A stretch of 63,180 bases of DNA, counting the filler, from Folioceros fuciformis (Eukaryota), in NCBI GenBank assembly GCA_049999805.1. It is 3 parts of 3 records of this genome, joined end to end, with 100 filler letters (N's around TTAATTAATTAA, not from the genome) between each part and the next. Parts side by side here need not be neighbours in the genome. Positions count along the whole stretch, not along the records: positions 1 to 21,383 come from JBNGIO010006342.1; positions 21,484 to 46,303 come from JBNGIO010006348.1; 1 more part is not named here. The stretch is one strand, 5' to 3'. Shown piece after piece: positions 11,015 to 22,631 of the stretch; the first letter of the stretch is position 1, and the number at the start of each line of letters is the position of its first letter. The position numbers and the translations under genes were made by a program. The notes below the pieces were generated by a model that saw only the letters and a program-made list of their open reading frames with translations, ran no database searches and was not told the DNA's origin.

Positions 11015-12230
11015 TCATCATGTGATGACACCCTGTGACGATAATTCCTCTCGCCACAGCGTCGAGAAAACCTCAGGAAACCACCACGAGAGTCAATTAT
11101 CGGCACAGGACATCACCATATGATATAAGTTTCGCAGCCGATAATCCGCTGACCTTGGCCATGCCTGGAATTTCTCATCATTCCATGACACCCTGTGCCG
11201 ATAGTTCCTCTCCTCATAGCCCAGAGAAAACCTTTACAAGCTACCACGAGAGTCAATTATCGGCACAGGACATCATCAAATGATAGACGCTTCTTCATCT
11301 CGCTAGGCTTGGCCGTTATTGATCCAGTCTCTTATCGTTCCAATGACACCCTAAGCCGATAACGCTTCCCGCGATGACTTGGAGAAGCTCCACAAGCCAT
11401 CACGAGAGTCGGTTACCGGCTCAGGAGGTCATCGAATGATAGACACTTCCTTCGTCTCGCTCAGCTTGGCCATTCATCGATCCAGTCTCTTATCTTTCCA
11501 ATGACACCCTATGCCGATAACGCCTCTCGCGATGACATGGAGAAAATCCCACAAACCATCACGAGAGTCAATTATCGGCACAGGAGATCACTGAAGGATA
11601 AACGTTTGCAGTCGATGGTGTCCCTGAAGTTGTCCATCCATCCACCCAGTCTCGGATCATTCCATGACACCCTGTGCCTATAGTGTCTCTCGTCATTGCC
11701 TTGACGAAAACGTCTAAAGGCCACCACGAGAGTCAATTATCGGCACAGGACGTCACTAAATGATTTTTGGTTGATCTCGCTAACCTTGGCCATCCATGGA
11801 ATCTCTCATCATTCCATGACACCCTGTGCCGACAGTGTCTCTCGTAACAGCCTGGAGAAAACCCCATAGCCCAACACGAGAGTCAATTGTCGGCACAGGA
11901 CGTCACTAAATGATAGACTTTTTGCAGTCGGTGATCTGGCCAAGCCATTCACCGATCGCATCTCTGATCATTCCATGACACCCTGTGCCGATAGTGCCTC
12001 TCGCAATAACCTAGAGTAGAGGAAACCCGCAAACCACCACGAGAGTCAATTGTCGGCTCAGGATGTCACTAAATGATACACGTTTGACAGTCGATGATCT
12101 CGCTACGCTTGGCCGTTTCGATCATTCCATGACATCCTGTGCCGACAGTGCCTCTCGTAGTAGCTTGGAGCAAACCCCACAACCCACCGCGAGAGTCAAT
12201 TATCGGCACAGGACGTCACTAAATGATGCA
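11015..12230 (-). ncRNA. Array of 8 tandem hairpins (150-165 bp period); candidate polycistronic miRNA precursor
   Basis: Each unit is TCATTCCATGACACCCTGTGCCGATAGT..CTCTCG, a ~30-nt loop, then CGAGAGTCAATTATCGGCACAGGACGTCACTAAATGA. Compensatory changes are present and most C.A mismatches become G.U pairs on the minus strand. The array and fold are seen directly; miRNA identity is inferred. Confidence 0.6.
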
Positions 12231-12379
12231 CATCTGGATAGCATCTCGTATCAGCAGGCACTCCTCGACACCCATCTCTTCCCTCATGGAGGCCTCTACG
12301 GACTCTCAGACAGGCAAGCTAAGATGATGAGATAGCTCATCATTTCACACCCCTCTGTTGGAGTTCCTCGGGGTAGCCT

Positions 12380-12930
12380 CAAGAAAACATCAACAAACAA
12401 GCCACCACCACGTAAAACCCCAACAAACCAGCGATCATCAGGGAGAACCTCAACAAACAAGCCACCATAAGTAAGAACCTCCACAAGCAAGCCACCACCA
12501 GTGGGAACTTGAACAAACAAACCACCACCAGGGAGAAGCTCAACAACAAGCCACCACCAGTGAGAGCCTCAACAAACAATACAACACCTGTGACGGCCTG
12601 AACACACGAGACACCACGAGTCAGAGCATCAACAGACATGCCACCACGAGTCAGAGGATCAACAAACAAGCCACCACCAGCCAGAGCATCAACAAACAAG
12701 CAACCAACACTCACAACATCAACAGACAAGTCACCACAACTCAGAGCATCAACAAACAAGCCACCGATACTTAGAGCATCAACAGACAAGTCACCACGAG
12801 TCAGAGCATCAACAAACAAGCCACCAATCCTCAGAGCATCAACAGACAAGTCACCACGAGTCAGAGCATCAACAAACAAGCCAAAAGCAGGAGAAGCTCA
12901 ACAAACAAGCCACCACCAGGGAGAACCTCA
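12380..12930. repeat. 30-bp minisatellite (~18 copies)
   Basis: AGAGCATCAACA(A/G)ACAAG(C/T)CACCAC... units give 10-aa periodic ORFs on both strands. Confidence 0.92.
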
Positions 12931-12935
12931 GCCTT

Positions 12936-13071
12936 GAGGGCTAGCTAAGGAAAGAACTGCTCTTGGGACGCCCCGAGGGCTAGCTAAGGAAAGAACTGCT
13001 CTTGGGACGCCCCGNNNNNNNNNNACGCCCCGAGGGCTAGCTAAGGAAAGAACTGCTCTTGGGACGCCCCG
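12936..13071. repeat. 39-bp perfect tandem repeat (at least 3 copies, gap inside)
   Basis: GAGGGCTAGCTAAGGAAAGAACTGCTCTTGGGACGCCCC. Confidence 0.95.
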
Positions 13072-13359
13072 TCCACAACCTGCCGCAAGGCAAGCTGCTC
13101 AGGCCATGTGACTTCGCTCCGAAACTTCTAAGCTGTGGTCGGATGGGAAACGCATCGCTTTATATACTGGTCATCTGAGGCATCCTTGAATGTTTGAACG
13201 GGAACATGACCCACCTCCACCCACCTAACTGACATGGTCGGTGGGCTGTACTTAGATAAAACTGTACATCATAGGTAAAAATAGGTCGGTGAATTCAAGT
13301 TCAAATGTTAATGGTGGGCCATGAGCATTTGTGATTCAAAGTGGAATGTACTCAAGTAT

Positions 13360-13715
13360 GCTTGGTATTTCGTTGGTAGTACGATGGTACCGAACTCAAA
13401 CGAAATACTGATGACAACAAGAATGTCTAGAACATGCCAGCTATCATGGTCGCAACAAGGACAGCTAGAAGAAGCAAATGATGCAACAACAATGGTATTT
13501 CGTTGGTAGAACAATGGTACCCAACTCAAACGAAACAAGGATGACAACAAGAACTTCTAAAAGATGCAACCCACAGCAAGCAACTGTTATGGTCCGAACA
13601 AGGATGACCAAAAGAGTAAAAGATGTAACTACAATGGTATTTCGTTGCTTGTATAATGGTACCCAACTCAAACGAAATGAGGATGATAGCAAGAATGTCT
13701 AGAAGATGCAACCCA
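13360..13715. repeat. ~130-140 bp tandem repeat, 3 copies
   Basis: TGGTATTTCGTTG...ATGGTACC(C/G)AACTCAAACGAAA occurs three times. Confidence 0.85.
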
Positions 13716-14014
13716 CTGCGAGGCACGATGACATAGAAGATGAGGCTAGCTACATGTTGTCATGTCTTCGACCTTGGATGACATTTAAGATTCTCGATCT
13801 ATGCAAATTACCCCGCTAGAGGCATAAGAAGTACATACCTAGGCAAGTAGGCAACCTTCCGAGTCACATCTAAGGGACAGGACAAAGGAATGCCTAAGCA
13901 AGCAAGTAGATGACGTTAAGTTGTCATAGAGGAGACGTGTGCAACCAAGTGAGTAGGCGATGTTAACTTGTCATGGTTAAGCATCTTTGTAGTCCAATGA
14001 CAAGGCGGACGAGT

Positions 14015-16060
14015 ACGCAAGTTGGTGAGTAAACACCTCTGCAACTCAAGGACAAGGCAAAGGAGTACCAAAGGAAGTTGGTGAGTAAACACCACTACAA
14101 CTCAAGGACAAGGCAAAGGAGTACCCAAGCAAGTTGGTAAGTAAAACACCTCTGCAACTCAAGGACAAGGTAGTCAGGCAAGTTGGTGAGTAAGCACCTC
14201 TGCAACTCAAGGACAAGGCAAAGGAGTACCCAACAAGGCAGAGAGGCAAGTGCGTGAGTAAGCACCTCCGCCACTCAAGGACAAGGCAGAGAGGCAAGTT
14301 GGTGAGTAAGCACCTCTGTGGCAGAGAGGACAAGGCAGAGAGGCAAGTTGGTGAGTAAGCACCTCTGCCACTCAAAGACAAGGTAGAGAGGCAAGTTCGT
14401 GAGTAAGCACCTCTACCACTCAAAGACAAGGTAGAGAGGCAAGTTGGTGAGTAAGCACCTCTGCAACTCAAGGACAAGGTAGAGAGGCAAGTTCGTGAGT
14501 AAGCACCTCTGCAAAGAGAGGCAAGTTCGTGAGTAAGCACCCTGCCACTCAAGGACAAGGTAGAGAGGCAAGTTCGTGAGTAAGCACCTCTGCAACTCAA
14601 GGACAAGGCATAGGAGTACCCAGCAAGGCAAAGAGGCAAGTTGGTGAGTAAGCACCTCTGCCGCTCAAGGACAAGGCAAAGGAGTACCCAACAAGGAAGA
14701 GAGGCAAGTTGGTGAGTAAGCACCTCTACCACTCAAAGACAAGGCAAAGGAGTACCCAACAAGGTAGAGAGGCAAGTTGGTGAGTAAGCACCTCTGCCAC
14801 TCAAGGACAAGGTAGAGAGGCAAGTTGGTGAGTAAGCACCTCTGCNNNNNNNNNNACTCAAGGACAAGGTAGAGAGGCAAGTTGGTGAGTAAGCACCTCT
14901 GCAACTCAAGGACAAAGTAGAGAGGCAAGTTGGTGAGTAAGCACCTCTGCAACTCAAGGACAAGGCAGAGAAGCAAGTTGGTGAGTAAGCATCTTTGGAC
15001 AAGGTCGAAAATACACAAGCAAGCTCACAAGCAAGGAAAACCTAACAACTCAAGGATAAGGTACAGGAGTACCCAAAAGGTGGCGAGTAATCGTAAACTT
15101 GTCATAACTCAAGAGGAGTACAGGCCAAGATATAACCCTGTGACAACTCAAGGACAAGGCAAAGGTGTACCCAATTAAACAAGCTGGTGAGTAACGTAAA
15201 CCTATGACAACTCACGGACAAGGCAAAGGAATACCCAACCAAGCAAGCTGGCAAGTTATGTAAACTTATGACAACTCTAGGACAAGGTAGAGCAGTACCT
15301 TACCAAGCAAGTTGGCCAGTAAGTAACGTAAAACCTATGACAACTCAAGCATAAGGTAGAGGAGTACTCAACCAAGCAAGCTGGCAAGTAATGTAAACCT
15401 GTGACAACTCAAGGACAAGGCAGAGGAGTACCCAAGCAAGTTGGCGAGTAAAGCAAACATGTGACAACTCAAGGACAAGGCAGAGGAGTATCCAAGTAAG
15501 TACAAGGACGAGGAGTACCCAAGCGAGTAAAGCAAACATGTGACAACTCAAGGACAAGGCAGAGAAGTATCCAAGCAAGTACAAGGACAAGGAGTACCCA
15601 AGCAAGCTAGCGAGTAAAGCAAACATGTGACAACTCAAGGACAAGGTAGAGGAGTACCAAAGCAAGTTGGCGAGTACCTTAAAGCTGCCAAAACTCAGGA
15701 CAAGGCAGAGGAGTACCAAAGCAAGTTGGCAAGTAACGTAAACCTGCTAAACTCAAGGACAAGGCAAGTAATGTAAACCTACTACAACTTGAAAAGAAGG
15801 CAAGTAATGTAAACCTGCTAAACTCAAGGACAAGGCAAGTAATGTAAACCTACGACAACTTGAAAAGAAGGCAAGTAATGTAAACCTGCTAAACTCAAGG
15901 ACAAGGTAAGTAATGTAAACCTATGACAGCTCAAAAAGAAGGCAAAAGAGTACCCAAGCAAGCTAGTGCGTAACATAAATGTGTGACAGCTAAACACTGT
16001 CACAACTTGACAAGGAGTGCTCAGGCAAGCAAGTAGGTGAGAAAAGTAAACATCCGACAT
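14015..16060. repeat. 48-bp satellite (14.0-15.0 kb) grading into diverged related units (15.0-16.0 kb)
   Basis: ACTCAAGGACAAGGTAGAGAGGCAAGTTGGTGAGTAAGCACCTCTGCA units with optional ~21-bp GGAGTACCCA inserts; later units keep ACTCAAGGACAAGG. Confidence 0.95.
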
Positions 16061-16374
16061 CTAAGTACATACACAACTCAACAAGCAAGTGGGTGAAAAA
16101 AAAAAAAAAATCTCTGACAACGTAATCACGTGGTGCCAAAGGGACAAGCAATACTTGAGCAAGTAGGTGAGCAAAACAAACCCCAACTCACATAAGGCAC
16201 GCGGCATCACAAGCGTGGAAAGTACCCAATGAGTTGGTGAGCAACGTGAAGTTCAGACAACCTATGATTGTCATAAGGACATAACAATACATGCTCCAAA
16301 GGTAGGATAACGTAAACTCACACAACATTGCTCCACTCTAGGGAGTGTAAGTTGTAACGTAAACTAGTGCCATA

Positions 16375-16680
16375 AATTCTGACAACGTAAACTCGTACGT
16401 CTTTACCCCACTATAGGGCCAGTAAGGTAAACTTGTGCCTTAAATTCCGACAATGTAAACACGTACGACTCTAACCCACTATAGGGCCAGTAAGGTAAAC
16501 TTGCGCCTTAAATCCTGACAACGTAAACTCGTACAACTCTACCCCACTGTAGGGCCATTAAGGTAAACTTGTGCCTTAAATTCTGACAACGTAAACTCGT
16601 ACGACTCTACCCCACTATAGGGTCGGTAAGGTAAACTTGTGCCTTAAAGTCTGACAACGTAAACTGGTACAGCGTACCCC
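16375..16680. repeat. 68-bp tandem repeat, ~4.5 copies
   Basis: GACAA(C/T)GTAAAC at 16381, 16449, 16517, 16585 and 16653. Confidence 0.92.
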
Positions 16681-16814
16681 ACAGCCGGCCTGTAACGTAA
16701 ACATGGCCCACAAGGTGTACTTCAAGACGTCCGTGAGCAAAGTAAACTTGTGGCAATCGATCACTACTCAAGGATGTGTAAGGAGTACAAGAAGAAGTTA
16801 AGTGAGCAACGTAA

Positions 16815-17580
16815 ACTTCTGACAACTGAGCACCACCCAACTGTAGAGAAGTAGATTCTAGAGCAAGCTGTTATGTACAAATTTCACCTCTGACAACTGA
16901 GCACCACCGAGTCGTAGAGGTGTAAATTCTAAAGCATTCTAGAGCAAGTTGTTATGTATAGATTTCAAACCATGGCACAGGCGTGGCTTCTAGAGCAAGT
17001 TGTTTGTACAAATTTTAAGTAGATGTGTAACTTCTAAAGCAAAGTTGCGTACAAATTTCAAACTTATGACATCCAAGCATGCCACAAGGACAAGGTGTGC
17101 CCAAGTGAAATAATTGTGGGTGCCCAACAAGGACAGGCATGCCCAAGAAGGAGAAGGTGTGCTGGCATGCTCACCAAACCCTACGGCTATCTACTTCCAC
17201 AAGGGAAGTCACAATAATAGCGACCTGGCAAGGGAGAAAATATGCTTACAAGAGATGAAAGTTGGGTTGGAGGTTTGTGGACTATATTACCATAGGTAAA
17301 CCAAGCCGTGTTGCAAACCTCTCAGGTATGGTGTACGTTCATTTGGGCAACATGGATCGGGTTGGAAGCTTCTTGAACATGCTACCATAGGTAAAGTGGG
17401 CCGGGTAGCAAACATCTCAGGTATGGTGTACTCTCGTATGTATGTGTAGAATGGAATGTGTAGGAAGCTTTTGGACCATACGGACTATGGTAGCGTAGAC
17501 AAATCGGGCCGAGTTGCAAAGCTCTCAAGTGTGATGTACCGGGTTGCAAGCCTCTCAGGTATTGTGTACTTCAGCATGGG
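16815..17580. repeat. Two further short degenerate repeat clusters
   Basis: TTCTAGAGCAAGTTGTT..TACAAATTT units (16.85-17.06 kb) and GTTGCAAA..CTCTCAGGTATGGTGTAC units (17.3-17.57 kb). Confidence 0.7.
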
Positions 17581-20500
17581 TAGAGTGAGCCGGTTTGGAT
17601 GATAAGTAAAAGTTGATAGTAAATGTTTTACTTCTGATAAATTTATATTTTGTAGAAACAGAAATGTTATACTGATATACTATTATTTATAGTTTTACCT
17701 TGTGAATGAGTTAGAGTTGCGGTTATAACAAAATTTAAATTCCTATTTATTTGGCGTTGCATTCTTGGTGTGTGCACCGCCCGGAGGCTTCAACCTGGTT
17801 GGGAGCATGTAAAGGTTTGGGTCCAGGTGGGAGGAAGAGCAGATGATGAAGTGGGGTCTGGGAGGCCTTGCTCCGGCACGAGCACCTGTGAGTCGAGATG
17901 CTGAATGGATTCGCCAGGTGAGCGACTCGAATCGGAGATTTGATGAGCTCGGTTTCTGACTTGATGTTCAGTGGTCTTGAATTTGCGTTGTCAGGTTGTG
18001 CCTCCCCGTGCCTGCCTGTCGTGTGGCTTCAGGCTCTTGGATGAAGATTGGTGGCAGGAACAATTGTGAGAAGAAGGTGCGTGAGATTGATGCAGGATGA
18101 GCAACATGTTGCTTCAAATAGGAGGGTGAGGATAAGCTTCTCGACTCATTGCGCTTCCGGTCATGGCAGAAGATTTAGAGCTGCTCAGTCTTGGTGCAGG
18201 TCAGGGTGGAGCAATGGAGTTTAGGCCCCCTGTCAAACCATTTGCGTGTGAAGTCGTGCATGTTTCTTGAGCCTTGAGGGTCTCGTGGTGCTGGCTGGGG
18301 TGACACTGCATTTGAGTTCGCTGCTTGTGAGATCTGGACGGCCGCAAGGGATGTGGTATCAGGATCTCAGGAGCGTGTAGCGGGTCTTCACTAAGACGGA
18401 ACCTCTTTTTGAGTGGATTGGTTGGCAAGAAGAAAAAGCGTCCAGCGAAACTCCTCTTCTGGGCCAGTGGTAGATTCCTTTCATGCATCGGCTACGTCTT
18501 AGGACCAGCTGGTAGGGGTTGATGAGTGAGTGTTGCAGAGAGACGAAGTCGTTTTCCCAACTTCTTCATGGTACTCTGGACTCTTCGTAAGTAATTTGAT
18601 GGAACGCCTAGCCTGTAGGATGATAGGATGAACCACTTGTTCTGACCCCCTCCTCTTGGGCGATGATGATGACGGCAAGGAAGACGAGCTGCTCCGGCGG
18701 TTTCACGACTTCACTCTTCATCATTCGTAACGAGAGCTGCAATCAAACCCAGGTCATGGACAGTACACCACAAACTGATGATCAAGCGGTTAGCGTTCCC
18801 CGGTTGAGACGGTCCTCTTCGCTCCAGGAATTTCATTTCAAAGCCCGCAGCAGCTACGAGCTCCTTGTTCGTGGAGGCCAATAGCCATCAGAATTTTCAA
18901 CATTGATCTCTTGTTCGTCTTCGCAGCTCCAGGCCCGGCAGTCACTCACAAGACTGGCATCCGAGCGCAGGAACCACGGCCTCACTCGTTTCTCCAGCTC
19001 TGAGCGTCAAATTTCACGACCGAGACAGTCTCCGGGCGTACCACAGGCAAGGAAACAGTACCGAAAGCCCGTGTTCTCACAACTTGCCAAACATGGTGCC
19101 AAACAAGGGAAGGGAAGAGAGGTGAGCAAGTGTGCGTCGGCATAGCTTGCCACNNNNNNNNNNNNNNNNNNNNNNNNNNNNNNNNNNNNNNNNNNNNNNN
19201 NNNNNNNNNNNNNNNNNNNNNNNNNNNNNNNNNNNNNNNNNNNNNNNNNNNNNATTCGTGTACCACATTTCAGCTGGTGCCGGTGTCTTGCATCACCAGC
19301 CTCCACGCGCATCTTCTTCCCACGGCACCACCAGCACAGCTGGGAGCGGAGGCACAAGTCCAGATTCTATCATTAAAACTAATCTCGTGTTAGCATGAAG
19401 CAGATACCCAAAGATTCACTGCTTTGGCAATAGAAATGTCTCTCACCGCCCAGCATGAATGCTCTAAGTTACAAAGGTGGTAAGCCTAACTATCCTATAA
19501 GCTTAACAAACTATAATTACAAAATAAAAAGATATTATACATAAAATCAATGTGTATCGGAATTAATTAGAATTAATTACATTTAAGTTCAAGTTTTCNN
19601 NNNNNNNNNNNNNNNNNNNNNNNNNNNNNNNNNNNNNNNNNNNNNNNNNNNNNNNNNNNNNNNNNNNNNNNNNNNNNNNNNNNNNNNNNNNNNNNNNNTT
19701 TTCATATAAAATATTTTTTGAAAAAACAATTAGCTCATTCAATCATTCATAGTTATTCAATTCAAAAAAAAAAAAGAGGGTGAAAACTTTTTCTTTCAAA
19801 TATGTCATTCAAATCAAAATCCTTATATCTATATGTTATGTAAAATTAAATGCATGTTCTCCTAATATTTTAACCTACTCATTCTCAAGCAAGTGCAATC
19901 ACCCTCTTGGAACATTCTCTAGTGAGTAATCAGAATTTTTGAGAATTTTTTATTTTTTTTCTAAAAAAATATATTACTCCAACTTGGGAAATGCCCACTT
20001 ACCTACTCAGTTCTCTGTGTAATATGAACTTGATCTCCTTTCACAAAGCACATAGCAACACAATCTGTTCTCTTCAAGCTCACATAGCAACAATGTATAG
20101 CATAATGATGTTTCAAAGCACAAGAAGAAACAAAGCTTAATTGTAAGTTGAATCAGCTGCTAGGTTGGTGCTCCATCTATCTTCTTAATCCAAGCTTAGG
20201 CCATGTGTCTACCTTAGAGGTAGCTAATTGGTCAAATCCCAAAGAGCAGCGGTGGGTGGAGGAGGGTTAGTTAAAACAAGCAAGCAACTACTATTTTTTC
20301 ACAAAAACATGCAAGTCCACAAGCTATTCTAAGCAACCTTGTAATTGCTTAGCAAGGTGGACAACAAGTGCTAATCCTAGTCTTGAAATGATGCTAAAAA
20401 ATACTTAATTTGCATGTCTTGGCATGTAAGTGGTATAACCAGTGAGTGCTCAAGATGTGCATGAATGCAATTTGATCTTAGTCTCATAGATATAATTTGT

Positions 20501-20827
20501 GTTAAAGATTAATATAGTGTACATTGTTCAATATATTTTTTTGTGTTTAGATTGTCATGTTTAGTGGACATGAATTTTAAATTTAAATTAATAGTATGGT
20601 AATACAGATTGATGTAGTTTTTATTAATATTATTATTTTGAAAATAAGATTTGAAAATATAGAATAAATAAAATTATAAGAAAAGTTTGATTTATTTGTA
20701 TATATAGATGTGTACGTAAGTATGTATAGTACGTAGATTTGTATAAGTGGGTTGTGAAAGTCAACCAAGATGTTGACTTTGGCGGTTGAGGCAAAACATG
20801 GAAGGCTTGTGGTGGAGTTGGTACCCC

Positions 20828-21215
20828 GGAAGGGAAGGGAAGGGAAGGAAGGGAAGGGAAAGGGAAGGGAAAGGGAAGTCCCGAAGCGGGTAACCGGGCA
20901 GGCAAATGGTGAAGCCGTCGGCCTGCCCAGACAGATACGAATTAGTGGGACTACCGGAGAGGATAGGAAAGCCGGGGCGTGCGCGGGTAGCGGAGAGAGA
21001 GAGGGCCCGACCGTAGAGGGCACATGCAGAGAAAGAGCGGCCCAGCCGAGCCAAAGCCAAAGCCGGAGCCAAAGCCGGAGCCAAAGCCAGAGCCAAAGCC
21101 AGAGCCAAAGCCAAAGCGAAAGGCGAAGCTGAAGCCGAAGCGGAAGGCGGAAGCTGAAAGCCGAAGCCTGGTGAGGCTGAGCCAGAGGCAGAGGCAGAGC
21201 CCGAGCCCGAGCCCA
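20828..21215. repeat. Microsatellites (GGGAA)n and (AGCCAA/AGCCGG)n
   Basis: Direct inspection. Confidence 0.85.
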
Positions 21216-22631
21216 GCAAAGCAGCAGGAAGCCCATCTCGCTCGCGCAGCTCGACGCAGAGGCCAAAACCGCGGCTCGCCTCGCCTTGTGCTGCCGCGCA
21301 TTGTGCTCACCAGCTTCCCGCGCTCCTCGCAAATCGCTTCCTTCCGCCGCCCTCTCTCACTCTCAGCTTCCCCTTCCCTTCCGNNNNNNNNNNNNNNNNN
21401 NNNNNNNNNNNNNNNNNNNNNNNNNNNTTAATTAATTAANNNNNNNNNNNNNNNNNNNNNNNNNNNNNNNNNNNNNNNNNNNNCATCCACGGCCAAGGCC
21501 CTAGCATAAACCGTAAACTGACGTGACTACTTAGATCTGAAGATGAGCATGCATGTGTTGAAACAATGAGATGGCGCTGAAGTTTTGAACCTACCCATAT
21601 TTCTTTCTACAAGCACAAATGGCTGGTGTGGATTTTTATGTTCACCAGCTAAACATTAGTATCCAAACCCAAAGCAGACATATGTGTTCTTTGAAGAAAC
21701 CATTCTACCATATCCTCTCTCTCTCTGTTTTGGTATGCCATACAAACATTAAGTACTTGAATTGAAGAAACCTTGTTAAGCACATCATATCCATATGAAA
21801 ACAATAACCTATAATAAATAAAAAATATTCTAAAGAAACTTCATAAAATTTAAGCGAGTTAGTTTAAAAAATTTAACTGCAATAATTTACATGTAATCTT
21901 TTTTTGTGCTTGATACATACAATAAGGGAACTTCAAGGTTATAAACATAATTAATAATAATAATAGATAATTAAAATATATTTAATAATATTATAATAAA
22001 TATTTGAGTATATTTTATATTTATATATAGATAATATAATAATAATTACTACTCAAATTAATTTTAGGTAATGAGATTTAGAGATTTAATAATGCAAAGA
22101 ACGAGGAAACCTTACAAGAAAAGGGGAGATAAAAATATATCTACTCAAGAAAAGAAATATAGACGATCCAATAATATGCACGTACATATTTTTATAGATA
22201 TACCTAATTATTTAAATATATAGTTAAAATGTAGGTATATTCCATGCTACAGGTTTATGTATCTTTCTACTGAATCAAAACACCCTTATGAATGTAAGTA
22301 TAGTTGTAGCTTGTAGACCTATGTTAGAGCAAACCGGGCAAAGGAGGAACACGGGTGCAGGAGTGTGGGAAGTTCAGGCAGCGGCAGGCGACGAGAATGT
22401 GTGGTATGGATCAGGCATGAAGCTTGGAGCCTCCAAACCGGTGAGGAAAGCGGAGTTGCAATTGGCGGTTGAGAAGGACTGCGGCCTCTTTGGAGGAGAA
22501 GAAGAATGCAGAGGCGAGGGAGGCGGCTAGCCTAGGTAGCTGGAGACGGAGGCTTCGGCCGAGGCGGAGCAGGACTGGACAGGTGAAGAGGGTTTGTCGG
22601 CGCGCAAGCAGGCGTGGGAGTGAGCTCAACA

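Larger units (their letters stand above)
12356..13268 (-). mobile_element. Possible LTR-like segment (TG...CA ends, TATA box, internal tandem repeats)
   Basis: Starts TGTTGGAG and ends CTGTACA; minus-strand TATATAAA at 13159-13166. No TSD, PBS or PPT found. Confidence 0.25.

Noticed and set aside
11493-11515. Unit 4 left arm TCTTTCCAATGACACCCTATGCC resembles miR482/2118
   Set aside because: Seen in one unit only, needs an indel, and lies on the strand and arm disfavoured by G.U pairing and conservation; probably coincidence.
11015-12230. CRISPR array interpretation of the palindromic repeats
   Set aside because: Spacers and loops are homologous to each other, units are ~160 bp, the context is eukaryotic and there are no cas genes.
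12296-16060. Repetitive ORFs (STNKPP, CRGAYSPTCL, VDALTRG)
   Set aside because: By-products of 30- and 48-bp repeats; open in several frames and strands with no domain or gene structure.
16464-16486. T7 promoter-like TACGACT...CACTATAGGG
   Set aside because: Interrupted by extra bases and part of the native 68-bp repeat, so not vector contamination.
17780-19400. GC-richer island with short ORFs, including EQVVHPI (JmjC-like)
   Set aside because: The similarity does not extend beyond seven residues and no coherent frame or exon chain was found.
20583-21431. PKPE-, WL- and GSGF-repeat ORFs
   Set aside because: Translations of hexamer microsatellites.
21428-21439. TTAATTAATTAA island between N runs (also at 46348-46359)
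   Set aside because: An identical six-frame-stop spacer inside gaps; an assembly linker artefact.
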